A stretch of 64,000 nt of DNA from Cyanobacteriota bacterium (GCA_046052125.1 JBJOMY010000004.1:224001-288000), one strand, 5' to 3'; counted from the first letter of the stretch, positions 33,182 through 44,262 are shown. Made by a program: numbers and translations. The notes: generated by a model not told the origin, from the letters alone.

Positions 33182-33874
33182 GTGCTCAGCGTTCAGCAGC
33201 TGTGTGTGCACCGTGGGTCTGACCTGGTGCTGGATCGGGTGTCGTTCGCGCTGCGGCCGGGCAGTCTGACGGCGCTGGTGGGCCCCAATGGGGCTGGGAA
33301 AAGCACCCTGCTCCAAGCCTTGGAGGGGCAGCTCAAGCTCGCCTCCGGCGTCGTCGAATGGGATGGGGCACCACTGACCCGCTCCAGGGCGCGCCAGTTG
33401 CTGGCGCTGATGCCTCAGCGAGGTGAGATCGCCTGGAGTTTTCCCATCACCGTGCGGGAGCTGGTGGCCTTGGGGCGTGTGGCGGCCCAGCGCCCTGGTT
33501 GCTGCGATGTGGAAGCGGCCTTGCAGCGGGTTGGTCTGGCGGGTCTGGCGCGCCGCCGCCTCGATCAGCTCTCGGGCGGCCAGCAGCAGCGGGCTCTACT
33601 GGCCCGCACGCTGGTGCAACCGGCCCAGCTCTTGCTGCTGGATGAACCCTGCGCGGCGATCGATCCGCCCTCGCGCACGGAGCTGCTGCGGGTGATGCGT
33701 CAGCTCAGTGATGCAGGCCTCACGCTCTTGGTGAGCAGCCATGACTGGGGCCACGATCTTGATGCCTATGACCGGGTGCTGGTGCTCGATCGCCAGCTGC
33801 TGGCCGATGGCAGCCCTCAAGAGGTGCGGCAGGCCCTTGGCGACTTGCGGGTGGGCAACCACTGCTGCGGTTAG
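33182..33874 (+). CDS. znuC: Zn/Mn ABC transporter ATP-binding subunit
   Basis: GPNGAGKST, MPQR...FPITV, LSGGQQQRALLAR, LDEP, SHD. Confidence 0.85.
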   Translation: MLSVQQLCVHRGSDLVLDRVSFALRPGSLTALVGPNGAGKSTLLQALEGQLKLASGVVEWDGAPLTRSRARQLLALMPQRGEIAWSFPITVRELVALGRVAAQRPGCCDVEAALQRVGLAGLARRRLDQLSGGQQQRALLARTLVQPAQLLLLDEPCAAIDPPSRTELLRVMRQLSDAGLTLLVSSHDWGHDLDAYDRVLVLDRQLLADGSPQEVRQALGDLRVGNHCCG

Positions 33875-34272
33875 CTGCTTTGACGCTGCTGGCAGGCGTT
33901 GCACAACCCGAAGAACTCGAGGGTGTGAAAGAGCATCTGAAACCCATCGGCTTGTTCGCCGTGGAGTTCCACGTTGTGCATGGGGCAGTGCTCCAGCACC
34001 AGGGTGGTGCCGCAGTCCACACAGGTGAGGTGGTGCTCATCGCGCTCCACCGGGGCAAACAGGGCTTCACCGCTGGGTAGATGGCGGCAGCGGATCAATC
34101 CGCGCTGCTGTAGCTGCCGCAGGTGGCGATACACCGTGGCCAAACCCATCGGCTGCGGCCCCTGGCGCAGCAGGGCGTGGAGGTCCTGGCCGGAGAGTTC
34201 ACGATCGGCCAGCTTCAGTTGCTCCAGCAGCAGCTGCTGGCGATCGCTTGAGGCGGCAACCTGGGGTGGCAT
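33871..34272 (-). CDS. zur: Fur-family regulator, probably Zur
   Basis: LSGQDLH, GLATVYR, DEHHLTCVDCG...CP, FHTLEFFGLC; lies inside the znu locus. Confidence 0.8.
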   Translation of the reverse strand: MPPQVAASSDRQQLLLEQLKLADRELSGQDLHALLRQGPQPMGLATVYRHLRQLQQRGLIRCRHLPSGEALFAPVERDEHHLTCVDCGTTLVLEHCPMHNVELHGEQADGFQMLFHTLEFFGLCNACQQRQSS

Positions 34273-34304
34273 GGCCGATCCAGCAAGGCAGGGGCCCCGA
34301 TCTT

Positions 34305-35096
34305 ATGGAGAGTGTGTGGTGGCTGCTGCCTCTGCTGGTGGCCCTTGTGGTCGGCGCCTTATGCCCCTTGGCCGGCAGTCTGCTGTTGGTGCAGCGCCGC
34401 CTGTTTCTGGCCAACTTGGTGTCGCACGCGGTGTTGCCCGGCCTGGCCCTGGCCCTCGCCTTGCGTATTGATGCCGGTGTGGGCGGTGTGATCAGCGGGG
34501 TGGCTGGGGCCCTGCTCGCTGAGCGTTTCAGCAATGCCTCCCGACCTGGTCAGCCCGGTGATGAGGCCGTGCTGAACACCGTTCTGGCCGGTTTTCTTGG
34601 CTTGGGTGTGCTGCTGATTCCCTTATTGGGGATCCGGGTGAACCTGGAGGCGGTGCTGTTCGGGGATCTGCTGGCCGCAGGGCCGGTGGATCTGCTGCGC
34701 AGCCTGCTGGCCCTGGCGGCCATGGTGCTGCTGCTGGGGTTTCGCTATCGCCATTACGTGTACCTGGGGGTTGATCCTCTTGGAGCCGCCAGCGCCGGCT
34801 TGCCAGTGCAGCGCTTGCGGCTGCTGCTCACCTTGGTCACCGCCTTCACGGTGGTGAGTGCGATGACCGCCGTTGGGGTGGTGTTGGTGATCGGGTTGAT
34901 GGGTGCCCCGGCTCTGCTGGCCCTGCCGGGTGCCCAGAGTCTCAGGCGGGCGCTCTGGCGCTCTGCCGCTCTGGGAACACTTCTCAGTGGCGGAGGTTTT
35001 GTGTTGGCGATTCAGCCTTGGCTGAACCTGCCTCCGGGGCCCATGATCGGTGTGTTGTGCCTGGTGCTGCTGCCGTTGCAGCTCTTTCGGCGCTAG
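34305..35096 (+). CDS. znuB: Zn/Mn ABC transporter permease
   Basis: SHAVLPG, LFGDLL, DP..A...GLP, AVGVVLV. Confidence 0.85.
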   Translation: MESVWWLLPLLVALVVGALCPLAGSLLLVQRRLFLANLVSHAVLPGLALALALRIDAGVGGVISGVAGALLAERFSNASRPGQPGDEAVLNTVLAGFLGLGVLLIPLLGIRVNLEAVLFGDLLAAGPVDLLRSLLALAAMVLLLGFRYRHYVYLGVDPLGAASAGLPVQRLRLLLTLVTAFTVVSAMTAVGVVLVIGLMGAPALLALPGAQSLRRALWRSAALGTLLSGGGFVLAIQPWLNLPPGPMIGVLCLVLLPLQLFRR

Positions 35097-35526
35097 CCAA
35101 TGCGCTGGGCGAGCCGCCAATGGCTACCGGCAGCTTGGGGAGGGCATTAGCAGGGAGCTCGTTGCGGATTAGGGATCCGAGCAGCTCGGGACGGTTGGAT
35201 GCGAAATGCAGATGGGGGCCACTGCTCCAAATGCCGGTGCTACCGCAGGTGCCGATCAGGTCGCCCCGCTTGTAGTTTCCGGAAGGCATCGCGGTATTGA
35301 GGTGGCTGTAGCTGGTGATCAGCCCATCAGCACCCTGTAGCTCAAAGGTGATGCCGTGGGTGTAGCTGCGCCGAACTTGCCCCTGGCCGTCATGGGCAGC
35401 GCGCACCGGGGTGCCAACGAAGCAGGCGATATCGATCGCGGGATGGCCCTCTCTCACTCCCTGGGTGATCACCCCGGGCATGGGGTTCAGCAGCTGCAGG
35501 GCAGGGAGGAAGAGGGCAATGGGCAA
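34984..35526 (-). CDS. M23-family Zn metallo-endopeptidase (stand-alone catalytic domain)
   Basis: HPAID (HxxxD), GTPVRA, YSHL, GSTG.SSGPHLHF (HxH). Confidence 0.85.
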   Translation of the reverse strand: MPIALFLPALQLLNPMPGVITQGVREGHPAIDIACFVGTPVRAAHDGQGQVRRSYTHGITFELQGADGLITSYSHLNTAMPSGNYKRGDLIGTCGSTGIWSSGPHLHFASNRPELLGSLIRNELPANALPKLPVAIGGSPSALASAERAATAAAPGTTHRSWAPEAGSAKAESPTQNLRH

Positions 35527-35640
35527 CAGGCTCCCGCGGCAACGAACTTCCGCGACGAAAATCTGAAGCGAATCTTAAGTTGCGACCCGCTGGACCCTTC
35601 TGTTGCTTATGCGACTGATGGCTCTCCTGGTCTGGCTGTT

Positions 35641-35937
35641 TCAGTGGTGCTGGTGAGCGGGAGCCGTTGGGTGTTCTGAGCAGGGCATCCACTGGCTCCC
35701 CATCCGGGGGGCGCCGCTGCAGTGGAAGTGCTGCTTGGCGGCTGCCTCTGCCTCGGCCTGGGTGGCGTACATCGCTGGTACCCCGCCTGCTGCAGGCTTG
35801 GTGTTGGCCAGGGTGTTCGAAGCGGTTTGCCCTGCGGCCAGAAGAAGGGCCGCGCTTTGAATCACTGCACGACCAAAGCGCCATTGGCGGAAAGGGATCA
35901 GCACGGATGCGATGGGGCTTGGACGTGGCGGCGCCAT
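35641..35937 (-). CDS. DUF3721-like small protein (start uncertain)
   Basis: YATQAEAEAAA...CSGA..MG..WMPC motif. Confidence 0.65.
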   Translation of the reverse strand: MAPPRPSPIASVLIPFRQWRFGRAVIQSAALLLAAGQTASNTLANTKPAAGGVPAMYATQAEAEAAAKQHFHCSGAPRMGSQWMPCSEHPTAPAHQHH

Positions 35938-36000
35938 CCAAGGCCATCAGACGTTTGTGATCACCCCCGCCGTTAGGAATCCGACATCGCTCGGCAGGCT

Positions 36001-36468
36001 TTAGGGCGTGGCTCGAAACCAGTCAGGCGTTTGCTCAAAGCAAGCGGCGTTCTTCTCGTTTTCGCGGGCTTCCACCTTCCAGCAGCAGCTGCGTCCGGCG
36101 TCGCGGGTCTGCAGCAGTTGATTGGCCCACTCCCAGACCAGCTGAGCGCTGGCCTCCATGCCCACATTGGTCATCACGCGCAGATCCAGGGCCCCTTGCT
36201 CGTGCAGGCTCTGCCACTGCTTCAGCAGGGGGTCGTCGGCGTTCACCAGGAAGGTGTGATCGAACTGCTCGGTGAGCTGCTGCTCCAGTTGCTTGAGGCT
36301 GGAGAAATCCACCACAAAGCCGTGCTCATCAAGCTCCGTGGCCCGAAACCAAAAGGTGAAGCTGCGGCTGTAGCCGTGCACGAAGCGGCAATGACCGCTG
36401 TGGCGCCACTGGCGATGGCAGCAGGGGTAGCCGCTGAAGGTTTTGCTGCAGGTAAACGCGGCGGTCAT
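36001..36468 (-). CDS. queD: 6-carboxytetrahydropterin synthase / PTPS family
   Basis: CCHRQWRHSGHCRFVHGY, VDF, FDHT, ENEKN. Confidence 0.85.
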   Translation of the reverse strand: MTAAFTCSKTFSGYPCCHRQWRHSGHCRFVHGYSRSFTFWFRATELDEHGFVVDFSSLKQLEQQLTEQFDHTFLVNADDPLLKQWQSLHEQGALDLRVMTNVGMEASAQLVWEWANQLLQTRDAGRSCCWKVEARENEKNAACFEQTPDWFRATP

Positions 36469-36528
36469 GCCAGGGGATGTCGGGCGGGCTGGGCTTGCGG
36501 GAGGATCGGTAGAGATGGATGAAGGCCC

Positions 36529-37209
36529 TTGCAGGCATCATTTCAGCCGCTCGATCCGGGCTTGATTCAGGCGCTGCGTTTCAACGAAGCCGGTCTGATT
36601 CCCGCGGTGGCGCAGGACTGGCTGGATGGCGCCGTGTTGATGGTGGCCTGGATGAACCGGCAGGCCATCGAGCACACCCTTTCCACCTGCGAGGTGCACT
36701 ACTGGAGTCGCTCACGCCAGGAGCTTTGGCATAAAGGGGCCACCAGCGGTCACACCCAGCGTCTGCGGGGTCTCCGCTACGACTGTGATGCCGACGTGCT
36801 GCTGCTCACAATCGAGCAGAGCGGCGATGTGGCCTGTCACACCGGGGCCCGCAGTTGTTTCTACGACCAAGGCCCGACCCCAAGCTCTGGCGGTCCATCG
36901 GCCATGGCACCCCCCGCCGATGTGTGTACCGAAGTGATGCGTGTGATCGAAGGTCGGCGCGACCAGCCTGAACCCGGGAGTTACACCAACAAGCTGCTTG
37001 AGGGCGGCGACAACCGCATCCTCAAAAAGATCGGTGAGGAGAGCGCTGAATTCGTGATGGCCTGCAAAGACGGCAATGCCGCCGAGATCGCCGGTGAGGC
37101 GGCCGACATCGTCTTCCATCTGCAGGTGGCGCTGGCCCATCACGGTGTGAGCTGGCGTGATGTGCAACGCGTGCTGTCGGATCGCCGCGGGGCGCCGCGT
37201 CGCGAGTGA
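36529..37209 (+). CDS. hisIE: Bifunctional phosphoribosyl-AMP cyclohydrolase / phosphoribosyl-ATP diphosphatase
   Basis: YWSRSRQELWHKGATSG, DCDAD, ACHTGARSCF, SYT, KKIGEE, EAAD. Confidence 0.97.
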   Translation: MQASFQPLDPGLIQALRFNEAGLIPAVAQDWLDGAVLMVAWMNRQAIEHTLSTCEVHYWSRSRQELWHKGATSGHTQRLRGLRYDCDADVLLLTIEQSGDVACHTGARSCFYDQGPTPSSGGPSAMAPPADVCTEVMRVIEGRRDQPEPGSYTNKLLEGGDNRILKKIGEESAEFVMACKDGNAAEIAGEAADIVFHLQVALAHHGVSWRDVQRVLSDRRGAPRRE

Positions 37210-37234
37210 TCCTTCGGATCACAGTCGCGAATGA

Positions 37235-38341
37235 TCAGCGTTTGAGCAGGATCGGGCTTCCATGGCGGAGGCCCGCGCTGCCGTTCTGGATCACCCGATC
37301 GCTGGGCTTGATCCCCGACAGCACGGGATACACATCACCCTGGAGTGCTCCCAGGCTGACGGGCTGCTGCAGGGCAACGAGGGTTCCCTTCGGCAGCCGC
37401 CGGATGGCCTGCAGGTCGGCTTTGCCGGGGTCGCGCTCAAGGTCGGCCACGCTGCCCACCACGAACACGAAGCTTTGGCCAAAGCTGCGGGTCACCGCTG
37501 AAAACGGAACCGCCAGTTGCCGCTTCGAGCCGAGGATCACGCGGGTGCGAAGGCGCTGGCCATTGCGGAGCAGCCCCTTGGGATTGCTGATCGTGGCCTT
37601 AGCCAGCAGCGTCTGACTGGCGGCATTGACTCCTGGGTCAATCAGATTGATTCGCCCTTCTGCCAGGGGACGTGGGTTGATGCCATCCAGTAGTTCAACC
37701 CGTTGTCCAATGCTGATGCTGCTGCCCTGGTTGGCAGGAACATCAATACGTGCCTGGAGCTGGTTGTTTCGGATGATGCGGCTGAAGGGTGTGCCCGCTT
37801 GGATCACGTCTCCCGGTTTGATGCTCACGTCCCCCATCACTCCGCCGATGGGGGCTCTCACATCCTTGTAGGAGAGGTCGGCTTGCTTGGCTCGCAGCGC
37901 TTCCTTGGATCCAATCGCTTTGGCCCGCAGCTCGTCGCGCTGTAGGCCGGTGGCTGCGCCCTGGTTCACCAGGCTTTCAAAGCGCTGATAGGCGATGGCA
38001 TAGGTCTGGGCGGCTGCTCGCAGCGCCGCTACATCAGCCCGTAGCTGGGTTTGATCGAGCACCACCAGCAGCTGGCCAGCGCTGACGCTGTCGCCTCCCT
38101 GCACCAGCACCTGCTGCACCCTTCCTCCCGCTTGAGCGGCCAGTTCAATCTCTTTCGTGGCCTCCAGGCTGCTTACGGTTTCCAAGGTGCTCTGGAAGGA
38201 GGCCAAGCGTGGCGGTTCCGCTTGCACCGTTGGGATCGGCCTGCGCCCAGCGCTGCTGCATCCCACAAGAGCCAAGGCGATCGCGCTGCTGATCGCCAGC
38301 TTCGAAGTGGTGAACATCGCAGCGGAATGGGATCTATCCAT
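37235..38341 (-). CDS. RND efflux periplasmic adaptor (MFP) lipoprotein
   Basis: LVGC lipobox, [30 protein letters not shown]. Confidence 0.9.
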   Translation of the reverse strand: MDRSHSAAMFTTSKLAISSAIALALVGCSSAGRRPIPTVQAEPPRLASFQSTLETVSSLEATKEIELAAQAGGRVQQVLVQGGDSVSAGQLLVVLDQTQLRADVAALRAAAQTYAIAYQRFESLVNQGAATGLQRDELRAKAIGSKEALRAKQADLSYKDVRAPIGGVMGDVSIKPGDVIQAGTPFSRIIRNNQLQARIDVPANQGSSISIGQRVELLDGINPRPLAEGRINLIDPGVNAASQTLLAKATISNPKGLLRNGQRLRTRVILGSKRQLAVPFSAVTRSFGQSFVFVVGSVADLERDPGKADLQAIRRLPKGTLVALQQPVSLGALQGDVYPVLSGIKPSDRVIQNGSAGLRHGSPILLKR

Positions 38342-41300
38342 GCTGGCGCGCTCCAGTCCGGGACTGAGGCCGTGCCAGCTCCCAGCCCTTGATGATCCGG
38401 TAGACCCCCGGCACCACGAACAGGCTGAGCACGGTGGCCACCAGTAGGCCTGAGAACACCACCGTGCCGATGCTGATGCGACTACTGGCGCTGGCCCCGC
38501 TGGCGAGCAGCAGCGGTAGGAAGCCGGCCAGGGAGGAGATGGCAGTGAGCAGGATTGGCCGCAGGCGGCTGATCGAGGCCTCTCGGATCGCCTTATCCAA
38601 AGGCAGGCCTTCCCGTAGACGCTGGTTGGCGAATTCCACGATCAAGATTCCGTTCTTGGCCGCTAGAGCCACCAGCACCAGCAAGCCCATCTGGCCGTAG
38701 ACGTCGAGCGGTAGTCCCCTGAGAATCAGCCCCACCACAGCGCCTAAGAGGGCCAGGGGCACGGTGATCAGGATGATCAGTGGATCCAGCAGGTTTTCGT
38801 AGAGGGCTCCCAACACCAGGCCCATCACCACCACCGCCAGCACAAACGCTCGAACGCTGCCGCCACTGGCCTGACGCTCTTCGCGGGCGAGGCCGGTCCA
38901 TTCCAGGGCCACGTTGCTGCCGCCCTGGTCCCGTTCGATCTGCTCCAGGGTGTCCATGGCTTGACCTGTGCTCACCCCCGGCGCGGGTAGGGCCCGAATC
39001 GCGATGGATCGCACCAGACGGGTGTGGTTGATCGCACTGGGCCCCGTGGATGGCACCACCTGCACCAGCTGAGCAACGGGGATCAACTGCCCGCTGCTGT
39101 TGCGCACCTGCAGCGCCAGCACATCCTGCACATCGCGCCGCCCCTGGCCCTCGAGCTGCACGATCACTCGCCTCACCTGGTCGCCTTCAAAGCTGTCATT
39201 CACATAGGTGCTGCCGAAGCTGGCCTGCAGCGTGGAGACGAGCTCGTTGAGCTCCACCCCCAGGGAGGCCATCTGCAGGCGGTCGGGCTGCAGGCGCAGC
39301 AGCGGAGCATCGGCCGTGAAGCGGGTGGACACACGGCTGAAGCGGCCGCTGGCATTCGCCGCCTGGATGAACCGCTGCGCCTCCTGGGCGAACTGCTGAA
39401 TGCTGAGCTGGCCGTTGCTGGTGTCGAGCAGTTCCACCTCGAGGCCGCTTTCGCTGCTGAAGCCGCGCACGGTGGGGGCCTCGCTCAGCACCACCACGGC
39501 GTCCTGAATGCGTTGCGAAAGTTGGCGGTTCAGCCGCTCGGCGATCGCTGCGGTGGAGGGATTGCCGGGTCCCCGTTCGCCGATGCGGTGCAGCCGCACA
39601 AACACCGTGCCCTTGTTGGGGCTGCTGTCTCCGAACGAGCGTCCGGCGTAGAGGTTGGCGCTGCGCAGGGCCGGCTCGGAGGCAATGGTGCTGCGCACCT
39701 GCTCCATCACGGCCTGGGTGCGCTGCAGGGAGGAGCCTTCTGGCAATACCACCACCCCGCGCAGTTGCCCGTTGTCCTCCTGGGGAATGAAGGCAGTGGG
39801 GCGAAGGCTGAGGGCAACGGCCGTGAGCAGCAGTCCCAGGACGAGGGTGATCACCAGGCGGCCGCGGTGCTGCAGGCTGCGATCGAGCCAACGGCCGTAA
39901 GGCCCCTCCAGCCCTTCCAGCCAGCGTCGGGGCGGATCGATCCAGCGCAGCAGCCAGGCCGGTTCCCGCTGCTCGGCGTGCAGGATCCGACTGGCGGCCA
40001 CCGGCGTGAAGCTGATGGCATTGATCGTGGACACCACGATGGCCGCGCCGATGCTGATGGCGATCGGCGCGTAGAGCCTGCCCACGCTCCCTTCCAGTCC
40101 GAGCACGGGCAAGAACACCACCACCAGCACCAGGGAGGTGGCCACCACCGCCCCGCCCAGCTCAGCCATGGCTCCGCGGGCTGCGGCCAGGGGTGAATCG
40201 CCTCGTTCGAGGCGCCGTCCGATGTCTTCGCTCACCACGATCGCGTCGTCGACCACCAGGCCGGAGGCCAGCACCATCCCGAACAGGCTGAGGGTGTTGA
40301 TCGAGGTGCCGCTCAGGTTGAGCAGGGTGATCGAGCCAAGCAGCGAGACCGGCACCGCCAGGGCGCTGATCAGAGCCAGGCGGCTGTTGCCCAGACCCAG
40401 GAGCAGCGTGAGAAACACGAGCAGCACGGCATCGCGGAGGCTGCCCGCCGCCTCACCGATGCTCTCGCGCACCGTGTCGGCCTCATTCACGATGATCTGG
40501 AGGTCAATGCCCGGCGGCAGAGACGGCTCGAGTTCCGCCAGGGCCAGTTCCAGGCCTTCATTCACCTGCAGGGCGTTGCTGCCATCGCGCTGATACACCC
40601 CCAGGGCCACGGTGGGATCGCCCTTGAGGTTGGTGGCGATGCTGCCGTAGCTCTCACTGCCCAAGCTCACGCGGCCGATTTCGCGCAGCAGCACCACGCC
40701 GCCATCCGGCCCTTTGCCCACCACCAGCTGTTCCAGTTCTTCGGGGCTGCGAAGCCGCCCCTCCATCTGCAACGGCAGGGTGGTGGCCTGTCCCGCGGGC
40801 ACCGGTTCATCCCCCACCTGGCCCAGGGCCGCCAACACGTTTTGCGCCTCAAGGGCACTGCGCACATCGCTGATGGTGAGCTGCCGCTCCAGCAAGGCCG
40901 CTGGATTCAGCCAGAGGCGGAAGGCCAGAGGGCTGCCGCCAAACAACGTCACGGTCGCCACGCCCTCCACGCGTTCCAGCCGCTCCTTCGCCACCTGGTT
41001 CACCCAGCCGCTCAGAAACACCTCGCTGTAGCGGCCCCGCTCAGCGCTGAAACTCAGCACCATCAGCAGATCGTCGGAGCTGCGGCGCACCTGAACCCCC
41101 AGGCGCGCCACCTGAGCCGGAAGTGAGCGCAACACCTGGCTCACTTCGTTCTGGGCATTCACCTGATTGAGCTCAGGGGCGCCGCCCCGGAAACTCAGGC
41201 TGATGGTGCTGCCATTGGACGTGCTGGTGGAGCGGATGCTGTCGAGCCGCTCCAGTCCGTTGAGCTGGCGCTCCAGCAGGGCGGTGACCCCTTGCTCCAC

Positions 41301-41489
41301 CACCTCCGGACTGCCGCCTGGGTAGGTGCTGCTCACGCTCACCCGCCCCGGAGCGATCGGTGGCAGGTTTTCCACCTGCAGCTGCACCAGGCTCAGGCCG
41401 CCCAACAGCAGGAGCAGCACACTGAGCACCAGGCTCAGCACGGGCCGGCGCAGAAACAGATCTGAGATCGTGCGTCGGTGTTGCGTCAT
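38334..41489 (-). CDS. AcrB/HAE1-family RND efflux permease
   Basis: [35 protein letters not shown]; proton-relay residues present. Confidence 0.95.
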   Translation of the reverse strand: MTQHRRTISDLFLRRPVLSLVLSVLLLLLGGLSLVQLQVENLPPIAPGRVSVSSTYPGGSPEVVEQGVTALLERQLNGLERLDSIRSTSTSNGSTISLSFRGGAPELNQVNAQNEVSQVLRSLPAQVARLGVQVRRSSDDLLMVLSFSAERGRYSEVFLSGWVNQVAKERLERVEGVATVTLFGGSPLAFRLWLNPAALLERQLTISDVRSALEAQNVLAALGQVGDEPVPAGQATTLPLQMEGRLRSPEELEQLVVGKGPDGGVVLLREIGRVSLGSESYGSIATNLKGDPTVALGVYQRDGSNALQVNEGLELALAELEPSLPPGIDLQIIVNEADTVRESIGEAAGSLRDAVLLVFLTLLLGLGNSRLALISALAVPVSLLGSITLLNLSGTSINTLSLFGMVLASGLVVDDAIVVSEDIGRRLERGDSPLAAARGAMAELGGAVVATSLVLVVVFLPVLGLEGSVGRLYAPIAISIGAAIVVSTINAISFTPVAASRILHAEQREPAWLLRWIDPPRRWLEGLEGPYGRWLDRSLQHRGRLVITLVLGLLLTAVALSLRPTAFIPQEDNGQLRGVVVLPEGSSLQRTQAVMEQVRSTIASEPALRSANLYAGRSFGDSSPNKGTVFVRLHRIGERGPGNPSTAAIAERLNRQLSQRIQDAVVVLSEAPTVRGFSSESGLEVELLDTSNGQLSIQQFAQEAQRFIQAANASGRFSRVSTRFTADAPLLRLQPDRLQMASLGVELNELVSTLQASFGSTYVNDSFEGDQVRRVIVQLEGQGRRDVQDVLALQVRNSSGQLIPVAQLVQVVPSTGPSAINHTRLVRSIAIRALPAPGVSTGQAMDTLEQIERDQGGSNVALEWTGLAREERQASGGSVRAFVLAVVVMGLVLGALYENLLDPLIILITVPLALLGAVVGLILRGLPLDVYGQMGLLVLVALAAKNGILIVEFANQRLREGLPLDKAIREASISRLRPILLTAISSLAGFLPLLLASGASASSRISIGTVVFSGLLVATVLSLFVVPGVYRIIKGWELARPQSRTGARQHG

Positions 41490-42139
41490 GGCGTGGCCAC
41501 AGGGCGTAGCCCGGGCTGCTGCTGGAGCCACTGCAGGCTGCGGCGATCCCGTTCACTCAGCTGCAGGACCGGCTGGGCGCCGGGCTGTACCGCCATCACA
41601 TCGCCAGGCTGATCGCTATGGCCCCAGAGGCCGAAGGCATGACCCAGCTCATGGAGCGCGTTGGCTTGGATCGCAGCCGGGCTCTGCCCGGGACTGATCA
41701 GCACGGCAACCTTTGGCTCGAGCTGCCAGCGTCCCTCGCGCTTCACCTCAAGCAGCTGCAGAGTGGCCCTGCCGTGGCTGGCTCTGTTGTGGAGGATCGG
41801 CGGGCGGCGACGCTCCACCAACACCTGCGCTTGTTCGGGTTGGTCCACCAGCGTGATCGCTAAATCCCGCTGCCAAGTGGTGATCGCCTGAATCACGGCC
41901 TGATGCCAGCGCTGTTCCCAGATGCCAGTGGGGCCAGCCTCACGAACCGGTTCAACCCAGACACACCAATGCGGGCGATGCGGCCATCCCGCAGGCGTGG
42001 GTTTGAGCCGATGGCGGTAGTCGCTCAGGCTGCTGGCTGCAGCCGCAACCGGCGCTGAATCAGGGGTCTGAGGAGCCACCCAGGGGCGGGTTTCCGTGGC
42101 GATCGCGCACGGAACAGAGCTGGGGGGTGGCAGTTCCAC
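41486..42139 (-). CDS. Metzincin (matrixin/M10-like) Zn peptidase
   Basis: [13 protein letters not shown] and downstream DVM Met-turn. Confidence 0.85.
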   Translation of the reverse strand: MELPPPSSVPCAIATETRPWVAPQTPDSAPVAAAASSLSDYRHRLKPTPAGWPHRPHWCVWVEPVREAGPTGIWEQRWHQAVIQAITTWQRDLAITLVDQPEQAQVLVERRRPPILHNRASHGRATLQLLEVKREGRWQLEPKVAVLISPGQSPAAIQANALHELGHAFGLWGHSDQPGDVMAVQPGAQPVLQLSERDRRSLQWLQQQPGLRPVATP

Positions 42140-42146
42140 CGCCGCT

Positions 42147-42659
42147 TCAGGCGCCGACGCCGCCCGGCAGGCCCACGCCCCGGGCCATCAGGGTGGCGAG
42201 CAGGGGGATCAGGGCAAAGCCCACCAGTTCGATGTTGAGGATCCAGGCCAGGCGTTTGGCCAGGGCCTCACTCACCTGGGGCAGTTCGCCTTTGCGCAGG
42301 GGAATCGCCCAGAGGATGTAGGTGATGGTGGGATAGAGCGACAAGCCGCCCACGCTCAGGTAGAGGCCCACCTTCCACCAGAACAGAGGGTTTTCGGTGT
42401 AGAAGCTGCCGCCCTGCCCGAAATACATCACCCGCAGGATGCCGCTCACCAGCAGGGCCAGGGCGGCCATGCCGTACACCACGTCGGTGATCACCATCAA
42501 GGTGGCGTCCTGCTTGCTCGGGTTGGGGCGGATCAGCCTGCGCTCCAGCACCAGAGCCCCGAAACAGAGCATGAAGCTCAGGTAGTGCACATAAGCAACG
42601 CCGGCCCGCGGCAACACGTCGTTGGAAAGGTCGTTGAGCAAAGCCGCGAAGGCGGGCAT
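42147..42659 (-). CDS. DUF2214-family membrane protein
   Basis: AYVHYL, DVVYG, GILRV.YFG....FY..NPLFW.K, LMARGVG. Confidence 0.85.
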   Translation of the reverse strand: MPAFAALLNDLSNDVLPRAGVAYVHYLSFMLCFGALVLERRLIRPNPSKQDATLMVITDVVYGMAALALLVSGILRVMYFGQGGSFYTENPLFWWKVGLYLSVGGLSLYPTITYILWAIPLRKGELPQVSEALAKRLAWILNIELVGFALIPLLATLMARGVGLPGGVGA

Positions 42660-42900
42660 GGCCGGGTGCGTGCACGAATCCCTGACCGTAGCGGCCCTCT
42701 TCGCGCCATTGCCGTGAAGTGTGATGCGCATCCCATCGAGGCCAGGGCACTGCACCAGAAAACTTTCGCTTTTGATGTGGATTTGTGCGTCTGGCGTTGT
42801 GGTGAATTTGGGAAGCAAAGTTGAAACCTGGAAGTCTTTTGGATGCTTTTTTCTTTGAGCGAAAAAGCTTCTAGGTTCAATTCAGTGGATTGGATCCTGC

Positions 42901-43824
42901 ATGGCCAGCTCGTTGAGTGCCTTCCTGGGTGAAATCGGCCGCCATCAGCTACTCACGCCGGAGCAGGAGCTGATGTTGGGGCGCAAAGTGCAGGCCATGG
43001 TGGCTCTGCATGAACGCTGCGCTACTGCTGGTGGTGTGGGCGATGCCTGCGACTACAACGACATCGAAAAGCGCACGATGCGCGTTGGTGAGCGTGCCAA
43101 AGATCAGATGATCACCGCCAATCTGCGCCTGGTGGTGAACCTGGCCAAGCGCTATCAGGGCAAGGGGCTGGACCTGCTGGATCTGATCCAGGAAGGAACC
43201 CTGGGGCTCACCAGGGCTGTCGAGAAGTACGACCCCACCCGCGGCCATCGCTTCAGTACCTATGCCTATTGGTGGATTCGTCAGGGTTTGAACCGCGCTC
43301 TCTCCACCCAGAGCCGCACCATTCGCATTCCAGTGAATGTGAACGAAAAACTCACCCGTTTGCGGGCAGCAAAAGCGCGGCTGCTGCAGCGCAATGGCAT
43401 TCAGGCCACAGCGCAGCAGCTGTCCACGGCGATGGATCTACCGCTGGACGAGGTGGAAGATCTACTCGGCTGTGAACTCCGCAGTGTCACGGTCAGCCTG
43501 CAGGGAGTGGTGAAGTCGAAATCTGATCCCACGGAGCTGGTGGATGTTCTGCCCAGTGAGGATCTGCCACCGATGGAGCGCTGTGAATTGGCCGAGCGCA
43601 ATGCAGCCGTTTGGAAATTGCTGGATCAGTCCAATCTCACGCCCAAGGAGCGCACGGTGGTGATGCTGCGTTTCGGCCTGGATGGCAGCCATGAATGGCG
43701 CACCCTGGCTGAAGTGGCCCGTCTGCTCGGCTGCAGCCGCGAATACTGCCGCCAGGTGGTGCAACGGGCTCTGCGCAAATTGCGCAAGGCCGGCATTCAG
43801 ACTGGGCTGGTGGAAGTGGAGTGA
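42901..43824 (+). CDS. Group 2 sigma70-family RNA polymerase sigma factor
   Basis: ANLRLVV, DLIQEG, RAVEKYDP...RFSTYAYWWIRQ, IRIPV, region 4 HTH; no region 1.1. Confidence 0.95.
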   Translation: MASSLSAFLGEIGRHQLLTPEQELMLGRKVQAMVALHERCATAGGVGDACDYNDIEKRTMRVGERAKDQMITANLRLVVNLAKRYQGKGLDLLDLIQEGTLGLTRAVEKYDPTRGHRFSTYAYWWIRQGLNRALSTQSRTIRIPVNVNEKLTRLRAAKARLLQRNGIQATAQQLSTAMDLPLDEVEDLLGCELRSVTVSLQGVVKSKSDPTELVDVLPSEDLPPMERCELAERNAAVWKLLDQSNLTPKERTVVMLRFGLDGSHEWRTLAEVARLLGCSREYCRQVVQRALRKLRKAGIQTGLVEVE

Positions 43825-43884
43825 GCTTTCGCCGCCAGCTCGGGCGGCCCATGATGGGGGAATCGCGTTTGGAAGGCACGGTTC

Positions 43885-44262
43885 ATGGCCAGCGATTCCT
43901 CCGCCCGGATGGATGCTGACTGCGTGGATGCCGAGGTGCTGGGCAGCTCGGAGGTGGATGAAGGAGCCCTGCGCCGTTTGCTGCGCCGCTCCGGTCGCAG
44001 CTTGGCCCGTCCGGCTCTGGAATGCCTGGAGCTGATGCTTGATGCCAACACCCCGCCGCAGGTGCGGCTCACGATGCTGGCGGCCCTCACCTATTTACTG
44101 GTGCCCACGGATCTGATCCCGGATTTCATCCCCGCGGCAGGATTCAGTGATGATCTGGTGGCGCTCACCGCTCTGTTGGGGCTGTGCACCACCCACATCA
44201 GTGATGACATCCGCTTGCGGGCACAGCGCAAACTGGATCGCTGGTTTCCCCTGGGGCGCTGA
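43885..44262 (+). CDS. YkvA/DUF1232-family protein
   Basis: ALTYLLVPTDLIPDFIPAAGFSDD. Confidence 0.9.
   Translation: MASDSSARMDADCVDAEVLGSSEVDEGALRRLLRRSGRSLARPALECLELMLDANTPPQVRLTMLAALTYLLVPTDLIPDFIPAAGFSDDLVALTALLGLCTTHISDDIRLRAQRKLDRWFPLGR

Noticed and set aside
36001..37209. queD and hisIE as Zur-regulated backup paralogs next to the znu locus
   Set aside because: Both look like ordinary copies with their Cys/His ligands intact, and no metal box is visible between them
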